DNA of 64,000 nt from Minisyncoccota bacterium (GTDB lineage: Bacteria > Patescibacteriota > Minisyncoccia > Phycocordibacterales > UBA2100), in assembly GCA_965267345.1 (NCBI GenBank), contig OZ253947.1, forward strand, positions 330,814-394,813. The letters run 5' to 3'. A program made the position numbers and the translations under genes. The notes below the pieces were generated by a model that did no database searches, was not told the origin of the DNA, and saw only the letters and a list, made by a program, of their open reading frames with translations. Of the stretch, positions 1 to 8,580 are shown in pieces. The first letter of the stretch is position 1, and every line of letters starts with the position of its first letter.

Positions 1-87
1 TTGGTAAGGATTATGACGACATTTTTAGCGAAGATGTCGAGCCACTCGATCTGCTTCAAAATTTTCTTATTTTTCAATCAGTAAGGA
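1..87 (+). CDS. possible 3' end of an upstream ORF entering the window (AT-rich segment)
   Basis: Frame 1 reads through to TAA at 85-87 (..LVRIMTTFLAKMSSHSICFKIFLFFNQ*). Composition is AT-rich, unlike the bulk of the window. Confidence 0.15.
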
Positions 88-98
88 CATTAAACAAA

Positions 99-368
99 AT
101 GGATGTGCATAAGCAAAAATACCACTTTTTGAATGACGCATCACTTCATCTTGCAGCGCTTATCTATCGAATGGGGGGTGCTAGTATAGCAATAGACGAT
201 ATACATACAGACAACAAAAACTTTATCAAACTTTATCAAAAAAGTGTTAAAGCAACACAGAGACTTGTCAACGAACGAGCTAAAAAGGAAGGAGAGAAAT
301 ACGAGAACCGGAGAACTTTCATTGATCCTGAGACTTATGGGAGATTAGTTGAATTAGTTAGAGGTTAG
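99..368 (+). CDS. hypothetical protein, AT-rich and foreign-looking
   Basis: An 89-aa ORF in a roughly 35% GC segment. It contains an exact 10-nt tandem duplication (221-240). No family recognised. Confidence 0.35.
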   Translation: MDVHKQKYHFLNDASLHLAALIYRMGGASIAIDDIHTDNKNFIKLYQKSVKATQRLVNERAKKEGEKYENRRTFIDPETYGRLVELVRG

Positions 369-425
369 TACTATCCACTGCCAACTGCAAACTGCTCACT
401 CGTCTGGCATGTATAATCAGTACCA

Positions 426-1253
426 ATGAGCGTACTCATCACCAAAATGAACGGCGAGCAGGAACCCTTCGTCGCGGAAAAACTCGACCGCTCGCTGAAG
501 CGTGCGGGGGCGCACCAAGAGGTGCGCGACGAGATCGTGCAGCATATCGAGGAGGAGCTCCGCGAGGGAATGACCACACAGGAAATTTACGAACACGCAT
601 TTGATTTGTTGCGCAGCCACGAGCAAAAACCTGTCGCTGCACGCTACTCGGTTAAACGCGCCGTACTGGACCTCGGGCCATCGGGATTTCCGTTCGAGCG
701 CTTTGTCGGACGTATTTTCGACGCCATTGGCTACACTGACGTGCAAACAGGTGTTGCTGCGCAGGGAAGTTGCGCACCCCACGAAGTAGACCTTATTGCC
801 AAGCACAACGGCAAGACAGTTGCTGCGGAAGTGAAATTCCATAATAGCCTCGGGATTAAAACCGATCTGAAAGTCGCGCTCTACGTCAAGGCACGCTTCG
901 ACGACCTTGCACATAAGAACATGGACATCGGTGAGCAATGGCTTATCACCAATACGCGCTTTACCCGCAACGCAGCGCGCTATGGACAGTGTGCGGGACT
1001 CCAGCTTCTCGGCTGGGACTACCCACGCGACCGCGGGCTGGAAGTACTCATTGACGAAGCAGGCGTCCACCCGCTGACCGCACTCACCACACTCTCAGAT
1101 CATGAAAAGCGCCGCTTGCTTGATGACAGCGTCGTCCTGTGCCGCGAAATTGATACTGAGCGTGATGCACTACGTCGCTACGACATTCACGACAACAAGC
1201 ATGAAGCCGTCCGCGACGAAGTGCAACGTTTGTGCAAAGTAGCACGAGCCTAG
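426..1253 (+). CDS. ATP-cone domain fused to Mrr/PD-(D/E)xK restriction-endonuclease-like domain
   Basis: The N-terminal 90 aa resemble the NrdR-type ATP-cone (ITKMNGEQEPFVAEKLDRSLKRAG...VAARYSVKRAV). The middle part has a Mrr_cat-like nuclease core (EVDLIAKHNGKTVAAEVKFH). A TATAAT -10 lies upstream at about 404. The antisense 217-aa ORF 417-1070 is rejected. Confidence 0.6.
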   Translation: MSVLITKMNGEQEPFVAEKLDRSLKRAGAHQEVRDEIVQHIEEELREGMTTQEIYEHAFDLLRSHEQKPVAARYSVKRAVLDLGPSGFPFERFVGRIFDAIGYTDVQTGVAAQGSCAPHEVDLIAKHNGKTVAAEVKFHNSLGIKTDLKVALYVKARFDDLAHKNMDIGEQWLITNTRFTRNAARYGQCAGLQLLGWDYPRDRGLEVLIDEAGVHPLTALTTLSDHEKRRLLDDSVVLCREIDTERDALRRYDIHDNKHEAVRDEVQRLCKVARA

Positions 1254-1276
1254 CATTTTTTGTATTATTAGAAAGT

Positions 1277-1819
1277 ATGAACGATTACACAAAAATGGCA
1301 CTCGGATTTGCCGCAGGATTTATTATCGGTATTGCCCTTATTTGGATTTTTAACCTCTCGCAGGATGCCACGTCCGATGACATCATTACGGGTGAATCAA
1401 CCACACCCGACATTGTTGTCGATGCTGACACCACTGACAGCACCACGGGCGGCGACACCGGCTCGGTGCTCACCGAGGAGATCACTGAGACCAGCACTGA
1501 CACTGCCTCGGTTATCGCCGGCGACCAGCCTGCCGGTGCATCGGTACGCATTACCTCAGCACAGCTGCCTGCCGACGGCTGGATCGTCGTCCACGAAGAG
1601 CGTGACGGCTTTGTCGGTAACGCGCTTGGCGCCGTGCGTCGCGACAGCGGTACCTACACCGACGTCGCAGTACCACTGCTGCGTGACACTGTCAGCGGCG
1701 CACGCTACTGGGTGGTACTCTACACAGATGACGGCGACCGCACGTTCTCACTTGAAAACGACTTTCCCGTACGCACCGGCGGCGGCGAGCCCGTCACCAC
1801 GTCATTTACGACAAACTAA
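1277..1819 (+). CDS. membrane-anchored hypothetical protein with Thr/Asp/Gly-rich linker
   Basis: N-terminal TM helix (MALGFAAGFIIGIALIWIF) followed by a low-complexity T/D/S linker and a C-terminal globular domain. The start is uncertain (1277 or 1295); the ORF overlaps the previous stop. Confidence 0.45.
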   Translation: MNDYTKMALGFAAGFIIGIALIWIFNLSQDATSDDIITGESTTPDIVVDADTTDSTTGGDTGSVLTEEITETSTDTASVIAGDQPAGASVRITSAQLPADGWIVVHEERDGFVGNALGAVRRDSGTYTDVAVPLLRDTVSGARYWVVLYTDDGDRTFSLENDFPVRTGGGEPVTTSFTTN

Positions 1820-1821
1820 GT

Positions 1822-2328
1822 ATGCTACTTGAGCTCGAGCCACACGTTACGACACTATTCATCCAACTGAGCGTTGCCACGATGCTCGGGCTCGTTATCG
1901 GCGCTGAGCGTTCTGTCGCAGGGAAAGTTGCCGGCATGCGCACCTTTGCGCTGGTGGCACTGGGTTCAACACTCTTTACCATCATCTCCATTGTGATCAC
2001 GACCCAATACCTAGGCAAGGTGAACTTCGACCCAATGCGCACCACCGCCGCGATCATCACGGGTGTCGGCTTCATCGGCGCCGGCCTCATTGTCTTTCGT
2101 CAAGACCTGCTGCGCGGCCTTACCACCGCTGCGGGGTTGTGGGTCTCTGCGGGCGTTGGTATCGCCGTTGGCTTTGGTTTGTATTCAATTGCTGTCTTCA
2201 CCACATTGATGACACTTTTCGTCTTCACTGCAGTGTGGTTTGTTGAAACGCACCTCAAACGTCGCTTTGGTCGTCGCGTGACACCACCGGCAGCAGAGCA
2301 CGACTTGTTAGTTGCTGACGACGGCTAG
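1822..2328 (+). CDS. mgtC: MgtC/SapB family membrane protein
   Basis: MgtC signature LGLVIGAERSVAGKVAGMRTFALVALGSTLF with multiple TM helices. Confidence 0.6.
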   Translation: MLLELEPHVTTLFIQLSVATMLGLVIGAERSVAGKVAGMRTFALVALGSTLFTIISIVITTQYLGKVNFDPMRTTAAIITGVGFIGAGLIVFRQDLLRGLTTAAGLWVSAGVGIAVGFGLYSIAVFTTLMTLFVFTAVWFVETHLKRRFGRRVTPPAAEHDLLVADDG

Positions 2329-2329
2329 T

Positions 2330-3163
2330 ATGTCGCAGTTCTACAAACCACACCGCAACCCGAACTGGAATTACGGCGGCGCCAACTTTCGCCTGTCACG
2401 ATCGAAAATTGACCTGTTTATCGACTGTCCGCGCTGTTTCTACGTCGACAACAAACTCGGTGTCGCCCGACCACCCGGATACCCGTTCAACCTCAACAGT
2501 GCCGTTGACGAGCTGCTCAAGCGTGAGTTCGATGTGCACCGCGCCGACGAGACGCCGCACCCGCTCATGGAAACGTACGGCATTGATGCTATACCGTTCC
2601 ACCACGTGCAGCTCGACGCGTGGCGCGACTCACTACGCCACGGCGTGCAGTATCTACATGAACCTACGCAGCTCCTCGTACGCGGCGGCATCGACGACGT
2701 CTGGAAAGATCGCACAGGCAAGCTCATTGTCGTTGACTACAAAGCAACGAGCAAAAAAGGGGAGGTGAATCTCGATGCACCGTGGCAAGACGGCTACAAG
2801 CGACAGGTGGAAGTCTACCAGTGGCTCTTCCGCAAAAACGAATTCGAGGTGAGCGATACCGCCTACTTTGTCTACGCAAATGCAGACGCCGACCGCGAAG
2901 CATTCGATGGCAAACTTGAATTTGATGTAAAAATTATTCCCTACGTCGGTGACGACGCGTGGGTTGAACCAACACTTTTCGAAATTAAAAAATGTCTTGA
3001 TGATCCACGGGTACCAAAGGCGTCACCCGAGTGCGACTATTGCCGGTACCGCGAAGCGGCTGGTACCGTACTGCTCAAGAACAAAGAAGAGCGACAAGCG
3101 GCAAAAGCACCGGCAGCACACAAAGACACCCCGCCACAGAAGAAAACCGATTCACTGTTTTAA
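2330..3163 (+). CDS. PD-(D/E)xK nuclease with 4-Cys (Fe-S) cluster, Cas4/RecB-nuclease-like
   Basis: N-terminal CPRCFY and C-terminal CDYCRY cysteine pairs flank an IVVDYKAT..QVEVYQ core typical of the Cas4/AddB nuclease domain. Start taken at MSQFYKP (2330), one nt after the mgtC stop. Confidence 0.55.
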   Translation: MSQFYKPHRNPNWNYGGANFRLSRSKIDLFIDCPRCFYVDNKLGVARPPGYPFNLNSAVDELLKREFDVHRADETPHPLMETYGIDAIPFHHVQLDAWRDSLRHGVQYLHEPTQLLVRGGIDDVWKDRTGKLIVVDYKATSKKGEVNLDAPWQDGYKRQVEVYQWLFRKNEFEVSDTAYFVYANADADREAFDGKLEFDVKIIPYVGDDAWVEPTLFEIKKCLDDPRVPKASPECDYCRYREAAGTVLLKNKEERQAAKAPAAHKDTPPQKKTDSLF

Positions 3164-3167
3164 GTGT

Positions 3168-3425
3168 ATGCGTACTTTTACTGAAAACGTGCTTGATGTT
3201 GTCCGCGCCATTCCTAAAGGCCAGACGCGTACCTACGCGCAGGTTGCCGCCGCAGCGGGTTCGCCCAATGCAGCGCGCGCTGTCGGCTCGATTATGAAGA
3301 AAAACTACTTGCCTGATGTACCGTGCCATCGGGTGATCACCAGCTCTGGTGCCGTGGGCAACTACAATCGTGGTGGTGCTGTGCAGAAGCGTGCATTGCT
3401 TCGCAAAGAAGGTGCGGTACGCTAG
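3168..3425 (+). CDS. ogt: methylated-DNA--protein-cysteine methyltransferase, C-terminal domain only
   Basis: Active-site motif PCHRV plus the HTH region (TYAQVAAAAGSPNAARAVG). The longer ORF 2949-3425 is an upstream in-frame extension overlapping the nuclease gene. Confidence 0.6.
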   Translation: MRTFTENVLDVVRAIPKGQTRTYAQVAAAAGSPNAARAVGSIMKKNYLPDVPCHRVITSSGAVGNYNRGGAVQKRALLRKEGAVR

Positions 3426-3429
3426 TGGT

Positions 3430-3840
3430 ATGCCACTGATGGTACAGCGACTTCTCGTTGCCCTTGCCGCCGGCGCCGCACTCGCATTGCTGGATATTTA
3501 CCTGACATCCGGCAGCTTACAGGACGCGTGGGATGTGGGGAGTCCCGCATTCTGGACGGTATTCATCAGTCGCCTGTCAATTGGCTTTTTTGTCGCTATT
3601 GCGGGCGTCATTACCATTCATCCACTGTTTAAATTCCGTATGTACCTGCTGCGTGGTGCTGTCATCGGCATCTGGGTGTCGCTGCCGCTGGCCACTGCAG
3701 TTTTTGTTGATCCGCTCGCCACATGGTTTGCCTTCGGTATCGTTATTGCTGCCGGTGCTATCTACGGCATCCTCATTGACTTTGTTGCGACGACCGTTGC
3801 CGGTCATGGCACGAAGCTCCTCGCGCCGGAAAACGACTAG
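3430..3840 (+). CDS. hypothetical polytopic membrane protein
   Basis: 136 aa with 4 predicted TM segments. Start taken at MPLMVQ within ORF 3349-3840. Confidence 0.45.
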   Translation: MPLMVQRLLVALAAGAALALLDIYLTSGSLQDAWDVGSPAFWTVFISRLSIGFFVAIAGVITIHPLFKFRMYLLRGAVIGIWVSLPLATAVFVDPLATWFAFGIVIAAGAIYGILIDFVATTVAGHGTKLLAPEND

Positions 3841-5111
3841 ACGTGCAGTAGACTGCGCAATGTCTTTTCTTTTCCTTTGTGCGGACCAATGACCATCAAG
3901 TTCAGGTGGTCGGTGCGGAATAGCTCCTTGGCGACACGCTTAATGTCTGCGGCTGTTACGGCGTCTATTTTTGTGTTAAATGCAGTCAATGGCTCGAGTG
4001 TGCCACGCACCAGTGTGGCGTGGCCAATGTAGTGTGCCAGTTCATTACTTGCCTCAAGTGAGAGCGCTGTCGTGCCCTTTACATATTCCTGTGCTTTTTT
4101 GAGCTCTTCAGCAGTGATAGTCGTGCGCGTAAGCTTTTTCAATTCGGCAAGTATCACGGTAACTGCATCAGCAAGCTTGCCATTCGTCACACCCGCGCGC
4201 ATGTAGAAGTTGCCGATCCCGTCGTACTGTGCAACGTCGGCTTTCACGTAGTAGGCAAGGCCGCGACGCTCACGTACCTCGCTAAAGAGCCGGCTCGACA
4301 TACCGCCACCGAGCACTGCTGCGAGCACTTCTGCAGCAACTTCGTCGACGTGATGGTGTCCGTATGAGGGCACGCCGAGTACAAAGTGTGTCTGATCAGT
4401 TTTTTTCTGCTTAATGCGTACTTGCGGCTCATGTTGCGTGTGACTATACGATTCGGCCTCCGGTACCGCACCATCTCGCATATCCGAGAAGCGATCTCGG
4501 ATTGCCGAGATGGCCTGCTGTGGCGAAAAGTTACCTGCAATACACACTGCTGAATTACCCGCAATGTAGTTGCGTTCAAAGTAGTGCTTGAATTGTGCAC
4601 GGGTAAAGCTGCGAATATTTTCTTTTGGACCGAGAATACTGCGACCGAGCGGGTGATCAGTGCCAAACATGAGTTGATCAAACTCGTCAAGCACATTTGC
4701 CATCGGCATGTCTTCATAGAGGTTGATCTCTTCAAGGACCGCACCACGCTCACGCTCGATTTCTTTTGCAGGCAGTGTTGCATTGAGGAAAATATCACTT
4801 ACAACATCAAGTGCGGTTGCAAAGTGGCGTGCATCAACTTTGGCGAAGTAGGCGGTGTGGTCACGGTCAGTAAATGCATTTGACACGCCCCCAATACCGT
4901 CGAGCTCCTCGGCGATACGCTTGGCGGTCGGCCGCTGCTTGGTGCCCTTGAAGAACATGTGCTCAAGAAAGTGCGCCATGCCGTTTTCTGCTTTCGTTTC
5001 AAAGCGCGAGCCCGTACCCGACATAATCATCACCGTCACGCTCTGTGCATCTTTTTGTGGCGCCAGCACGATGCGTAAGCCATTTGGTAGTGTGTATGTT
5101 TCGTATTTCAT
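3837..5111 (-). CDS. M16 family zinc metallopeptidase (insulinase-like)
   Basis: HFLEHMFFKGT inverted zinc-binding motif (HxxEH). About 424 aa, with start at MKYETYTLPNGLRIV. Confidence 0.75.
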   Translation of the reverse strand: MKYETYTLPNGLRIVLAPQKDAQSVTVMIMSGTGSRFETKAENGMAHFLEHMFFKGTKQRPTAKRIAEELDGIGGVSNAFTDRDHTAYFAKVDARHFATALDVVSDIFLNATLPAKEIERERGAVLEEINLYEDMPMANVLDEFDQLMFGTDHPLGRSILGPKENIRSFTRAQFKHYFERNYIAGNSAVCIAGNFSPQQAISAIRDRFSDMRDGAVPEAESYSHTQHEPQVRIKQKKTDQTHFVLGVPSYGHHHVDEVAAEVLAAVLGGGMSSRLFSEVRERRGLAYYVKADVAQYDGIGNFYMRAGVTNGKLADAVTVILAELKKLTRTTITAEELKKAQEYVKGTTALSLEASNELAHYIGHATLVRGTLEPLTAFNTKIDAVTAADIKRVAKELFRTDHLNLMVIGPHKGKEKTLRSLLHV

Positions 5112-5177
5112 CGCGGCATCATAGCGCACACTCGGCACGCAACACAACTACGCACACTGAAGGCGCGTTGCTGTGCT

Positions 5178-5411
5178 ATGCTAGAGGCAATGCTTTTTTG
5201 GGGCCTGACATTAAGTTTTGTGGGCAAAGCGCTGCTGGCCGCAGCGGTGGTGCTCGTGCACAACAAAATCACAAAGGAAAAACGCATCGACGGCATCGTG
5301 CTAATGGAAATGCGCCACGAACGTACGGTTGCTATTATCGGTCTCGTCTGTATCACTGTCGGCTACGCACTTGAGATTGCACACTTTGGCTTTCAAGGCG
5401 CATTGTGGTAA
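5178..5411 (+). CDS. small hypothetical membrane protein
   Basis: 77 aa with two hydrophobic segments. No homology recognised. Confidence 0.3.
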   Translation: MLEAMLFWGLTLSFVGKALLAAAVVLVHNKITKEKRIDGIVLMEMRHERTVAIIGLVCITVGYALEIAHFGFQGALW

Positions 5412-5422
5412 GACAAAGGGCA

Positions 5423-7324
5423 ATGGACACGCAAACCATACGAAAAAAGTATCTCGATTTTTTTGCTGCACGCGAGCATGCCATCGTGCCGTCGGCGTCA
5501 CTCGTACCGGCCAATGACCCTACAACACTCTTCACCGGCAGCGGCATGCAGCCGATGCTGCCGTACTTATTGGGTGAGTCGCACCCGAAAGGCACCCGCA
5601 TCGCCGACTCGCAAAAGTGCTTTCGTGCCGAAGATATTGATGATATCGGCGACAATCGCCACACGACCTTTTTTGAAATGCTGGGGAACTGGTCGCTCGG
5701 TGACTACTTTAAAGACGAGCAGATCGAATGGCTCTTTACCTTCTTAACCAACGAGGTCGGTATCGACCCGAGCAAGCTCTGTGTCTCGGTGTTTATCGGC
5801 GATGAGCGCAACGGTATTCCGCGCGACGAGTACACACCGCAACTCTGGCAGAAACTGTTTGCCGACGCCGGTATTGATGCACCTATTGTGGAAATGGGCT
5901 CACAGGCCGACGGCAGTGCGCGCGGCATGCAGGGCGGCCGCATTTTCTACTACGATGCAAAGGAAAATTGGTGGAGTCGGGCAGGGGTGCCGGAGAACAT
6001 GCCGGCAGGCGAACCGGGTGGACCTGACTCGGAAGTCTTCTTTGATTTTGGCATTCCGCATAACCCCGACTTTGGCGAACACTGCCATCCCGCCTGCGAT
6101 TGCGGCCGCTTTATGGAAATTGCCAACTCGGTGTTTATGGAGTACGTCAAGAATGCTGACGGTTCATTCGGGAAGCTCGCACAGAAAAATGTGGACTTCG
6201 GCGGCGGGCTTGAACGCATTGCGGCCGCGGCAAATAACAACGCTGATGTCTTCTCAGTTGACTCACTCGCCCGCATTATTGCGCACCTCGAAGCGGCAAG
6301 CGGCAAAGTCTACAGCGATCCGGCGTACACGGTGAGCTTTCGTGTTATTGCTGACCACCTCCGCGGCGCCACCTTCATGATGGCCGACGGCGTGCAACCC
6401 GGTAACACTGAACAGGCCTACTTCGTACGACGCCTCATTCGACGCAGCGTGCAGTATGCTGACACGCTCGGCATCAGTGAGGGCACCCTCCCTGAGGCTG
6501 TGGCGATTGTCGCCGAAGCTTACCGCGAACACTACCCTGAACTCACCGAGCAGCAAGAAGCAATTACAACACTCATTGCCGCCGAAGAAGCCAAGTTTCG
6601 TCGTACGCTCGAGAAGGGTATGCGCGAATTTGAAAAGTATGCCGCACGTGGTTCGCTCTCCGGTCACGACGCATTTGTACTCTTCACGAGCTACGGATTT
6701 CCCGTCGAGCTCACCCAAGAACTTGCCCAGCGACAGGGGCTGACTGTCGACACTGATGCCTTTCGTGCCGAAATGGAAGAACACCGTGCACAGAGTCGCG
6801 CCGGTGCCGAACAGCGCTTCAAGGGCGGGCTCGCTGATCACTCGGAAAAAACCGTGCAGTACCACACCACGCACCATATTTTACTGCGCGCACTGCAGGA
6901 CGTACTCGGCCCGCACGTCAAACAGCGGGGGAGTAACATCACCAGCGAGCGACTCCGTTTTGATTTTGTCCATGGTGAAAAACTGACTGACGAGCAAAAA
7001 GCAGAGGTGGAGCGACTTGTGAATGAGCGCATCGCCGCTGAATTGCCGGTGCTCAAAACCGTGATGCCAAAAACCGAAGCAGAACAGCTCGGTGCCGAAC
7101 AGGAATTTGGCTTGAAGTACGGCGATATGGTCAATGTCTACTCCGTCGGTCCAAAAACCGCAACACCTGAAGACCCGCAGTTTGCTGACGCCGTCTCACT
7201 GGAGTTTTGTGGCGGGCCGCACGTTGAGAACACGCGCGACATTCACGGCACATTCACTATTGTGAAAGAACAGTCGAGCGCCGCCGGTATTCGTCGCATC
7301 CGCGCGGTGCTTAAAGAAGACTAG
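5423..7324 (+). CDS. alaS: alanine--tRNA ligase (short form, about 634 aa)
   Basis: Class II AlaRS catalytic core plus the editing-domain motif HHILLRALQDVLGPHVKQRGSNITSERLRFDF. The C-terminal C-Ala domain is missing. Confidence 0.85.
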   Translation: MDTQTIRKKYLDFFAAREHAIVPSASLVPANDPTTLFTGSGMQPMLPYLLGESHPKGTRIADSQKCFRAEDIDDIGDNRHTTFFEMLGNWSLGDYFKDEQIEWLFTFLTNEVGIDPSKLCVSVFIGDERNGIPRDEYTPQLWQKLFADAGIDAPIVEMGSQADGSARGMQGGRIFYYDAKENWWSRAGVPENMPAGEPGGPDSEVFFDFGIPHNPDFGEHCHPACDCGRFMEIANSVFMEYVKNADGSFGKLAQKNVDFGGGLERIAAAANNNADVFSVDSLARIIAHLEAASGKVYSDPAYTVSFRVIADHLRGATFMMADGVQPGNTEQAYFVRRLIRRSVQYADTLGISEGTLPEAVAIVAEAYREHYPELTEQQEAITTLIAAEEAKFRRTLEKGMREFEKYAARGSLSGHDAFVLFTSYGFPVELTQELAQRQGLTVDTDAFRAEMEEHRAQSRAGAEQRFKGGLADHSEKTVQYHTTHHILLRALQDVLGPHVKQRGSNITSERLRFDFVHGEKLTDEQKAEVERLVNERIAAELPVLKTVMPKTEAEQLGAEQEFGLKYGDMVNVYSVGPKTATPEDPQFADAVSLEFCGGPHVENTRDIHGTFTIVKEQSSAAGIRRIRAVLKED

Positions 7325-7376
7325 TCCACACACACGCCCGCTCGGCGACGCACGATCGTTGCTATACTAAACGAGT

Positions 7377-8531
7377 ATGGGCGCTCTTTCTTGGCTTAGT
7401 TCGCGCGGGGAACCGGAGTACACGGTCGTATTTGATATCGCCAGCGGCAGCATTGGCACAGCACTCGTGCACCAGCAAAACCAGCGCGCGCGGATTCTCT
7501 TTGCCAAACGCCTCCCACTTCAATTTGTACAGGAGCATACTGCGGACGAATTTGCCGCGCTGATTGCCCGCACCATTGCCACGGCCGCGGAACTCGTGCG
7601 TCGTGAAATCGCCACGCATGACCTCAAACCTGCCGACTACACTGTGCAGGCACTACTGCACACGCCATGGGCCTTTTCACACTCAGTGGCAATCGACACC
7701 CATTTGGAAAACGAAACACCGATCACCCGTGAGCTACTGCGCAGCTTTGTTGCCGACACGCTCAAGCCCGACGTGCCGTCGGGACACACAATTTTCAATC
7801 AGCACATCACTCGTATTGAGCTCAACGGGTACAGTACGACTGATCCATACCGCAAAAAAGCATCACACCTAGCTGCGAGCGTGTTGGTCAGCACCACACC
7901 GACGGCACTCCACACCCGCGTTACCACGGCACTTGAAGAAGCCTTTCCTGCGCACACGCCCTCGCTCGATGCGTACCTCTACGCGGCACTGCAGTTGCCC
8001 GAGCTGCGCGACGCGCCGGACGACATTACGTTTATTGATATTGGTGGCGAGTATATGTCCGTGGCGATTATTCGTGACGCTGCCGTTATTGCCAGTGCGC
8101 AGAGCTCGTTTGGCACAACACACCTCATTCGCGCTGTTGCCGATGAGAATCCCGATGCGCATGCATCTGCACTGTCGCTGGTGACGATGTACCTCGCAAA
8201 TACCTGCACGCCGTCGCAGTGTCGCCAAGTTGAGCAGGCACTCACCAGCGTCGATACGCAGTGGAGTGAGGCATTTGGTACAACCGCCGCAACACTCAAC
8301 AAGAGCAATCGACTGCCGACGCACACCTACGTGAGTGTCGATCAACGATTTGCGCCGTGGTTTACCCACGCACTCGGCAAAATTGATTTTGCCCAATTTA
8401 CCGTAACGGCGCGGCCGCTTGAACCGGAACTCATTGATATGGCCCGCGCCACGCACGCAGTCCAGCTTGCCGACGGTGTGCCACGCGACGCAGCATTGAT
8501 ACTTGCGGCGCATTTTATTGTGGATAAATAG
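7377..8531 (+). CDS. actin-fold (ASKHA) ATPase, FtsA/PilM-like
   Basis: Phosphate-1-like VVFDIASGSIGTALV and phosphate-2-like FIDIGGEYMSVAII motifs. A TATACT -10 lies upstream at about 7352. Confidence 0.5.
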   Translation: MGALSWLSSRGEPEYTVVFDIASGSIGTALVHQQNQRARILFAKRLPLQFVQEHTADEFAALIARTIATAAELVRREIATHDLKPADYTVQALLHTPWAFSHSVAIDTHLENETPITRELLRSFVADTLKPDVPSGHTIFNQHITRIELNGYSTTDPYRKKASHLAASVLVSTTPTALHTRVTTALEEAFPAHTPSLDAYLYAALQLPELRDAPDDITFIDIGGEYMSVAIIRDAAVIASAQSSFGTTHLIRAVADENPDAHASALSLVTMYLANTCTPSQCRQVEQALTSVDTQWSEAFGTTAATLNKSNRLPTHTYVSVDQRFAPWFTHALGKIDFAQFTVTARPLEPELIDMARATHAVQLADGVPRDAALILAAHFIVDK

Positions 8532-8580
8532 GCCGTGGGTATCTGTCCATAGGGCATATTCCTCTGGTATACTTGTAGCT

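Noticed and set aside
417-1070. 217-aa minus-strand ORF antisense to the ATP-cone/nuclease gene
   Set aside because: The plus-strand frame carries recognisable ATP-cone and Mrr-like motifs. Long antisense ORFs are expected in GC-rich coding DNA.
2949-3425. 158-aa ORF spanning the end of the Cas4-like gene and ogt
   Set aside because: Its N-terminal 70 aa overlap the nuclease gene in another frame. The MGMT domain begins at the Met at 3168.
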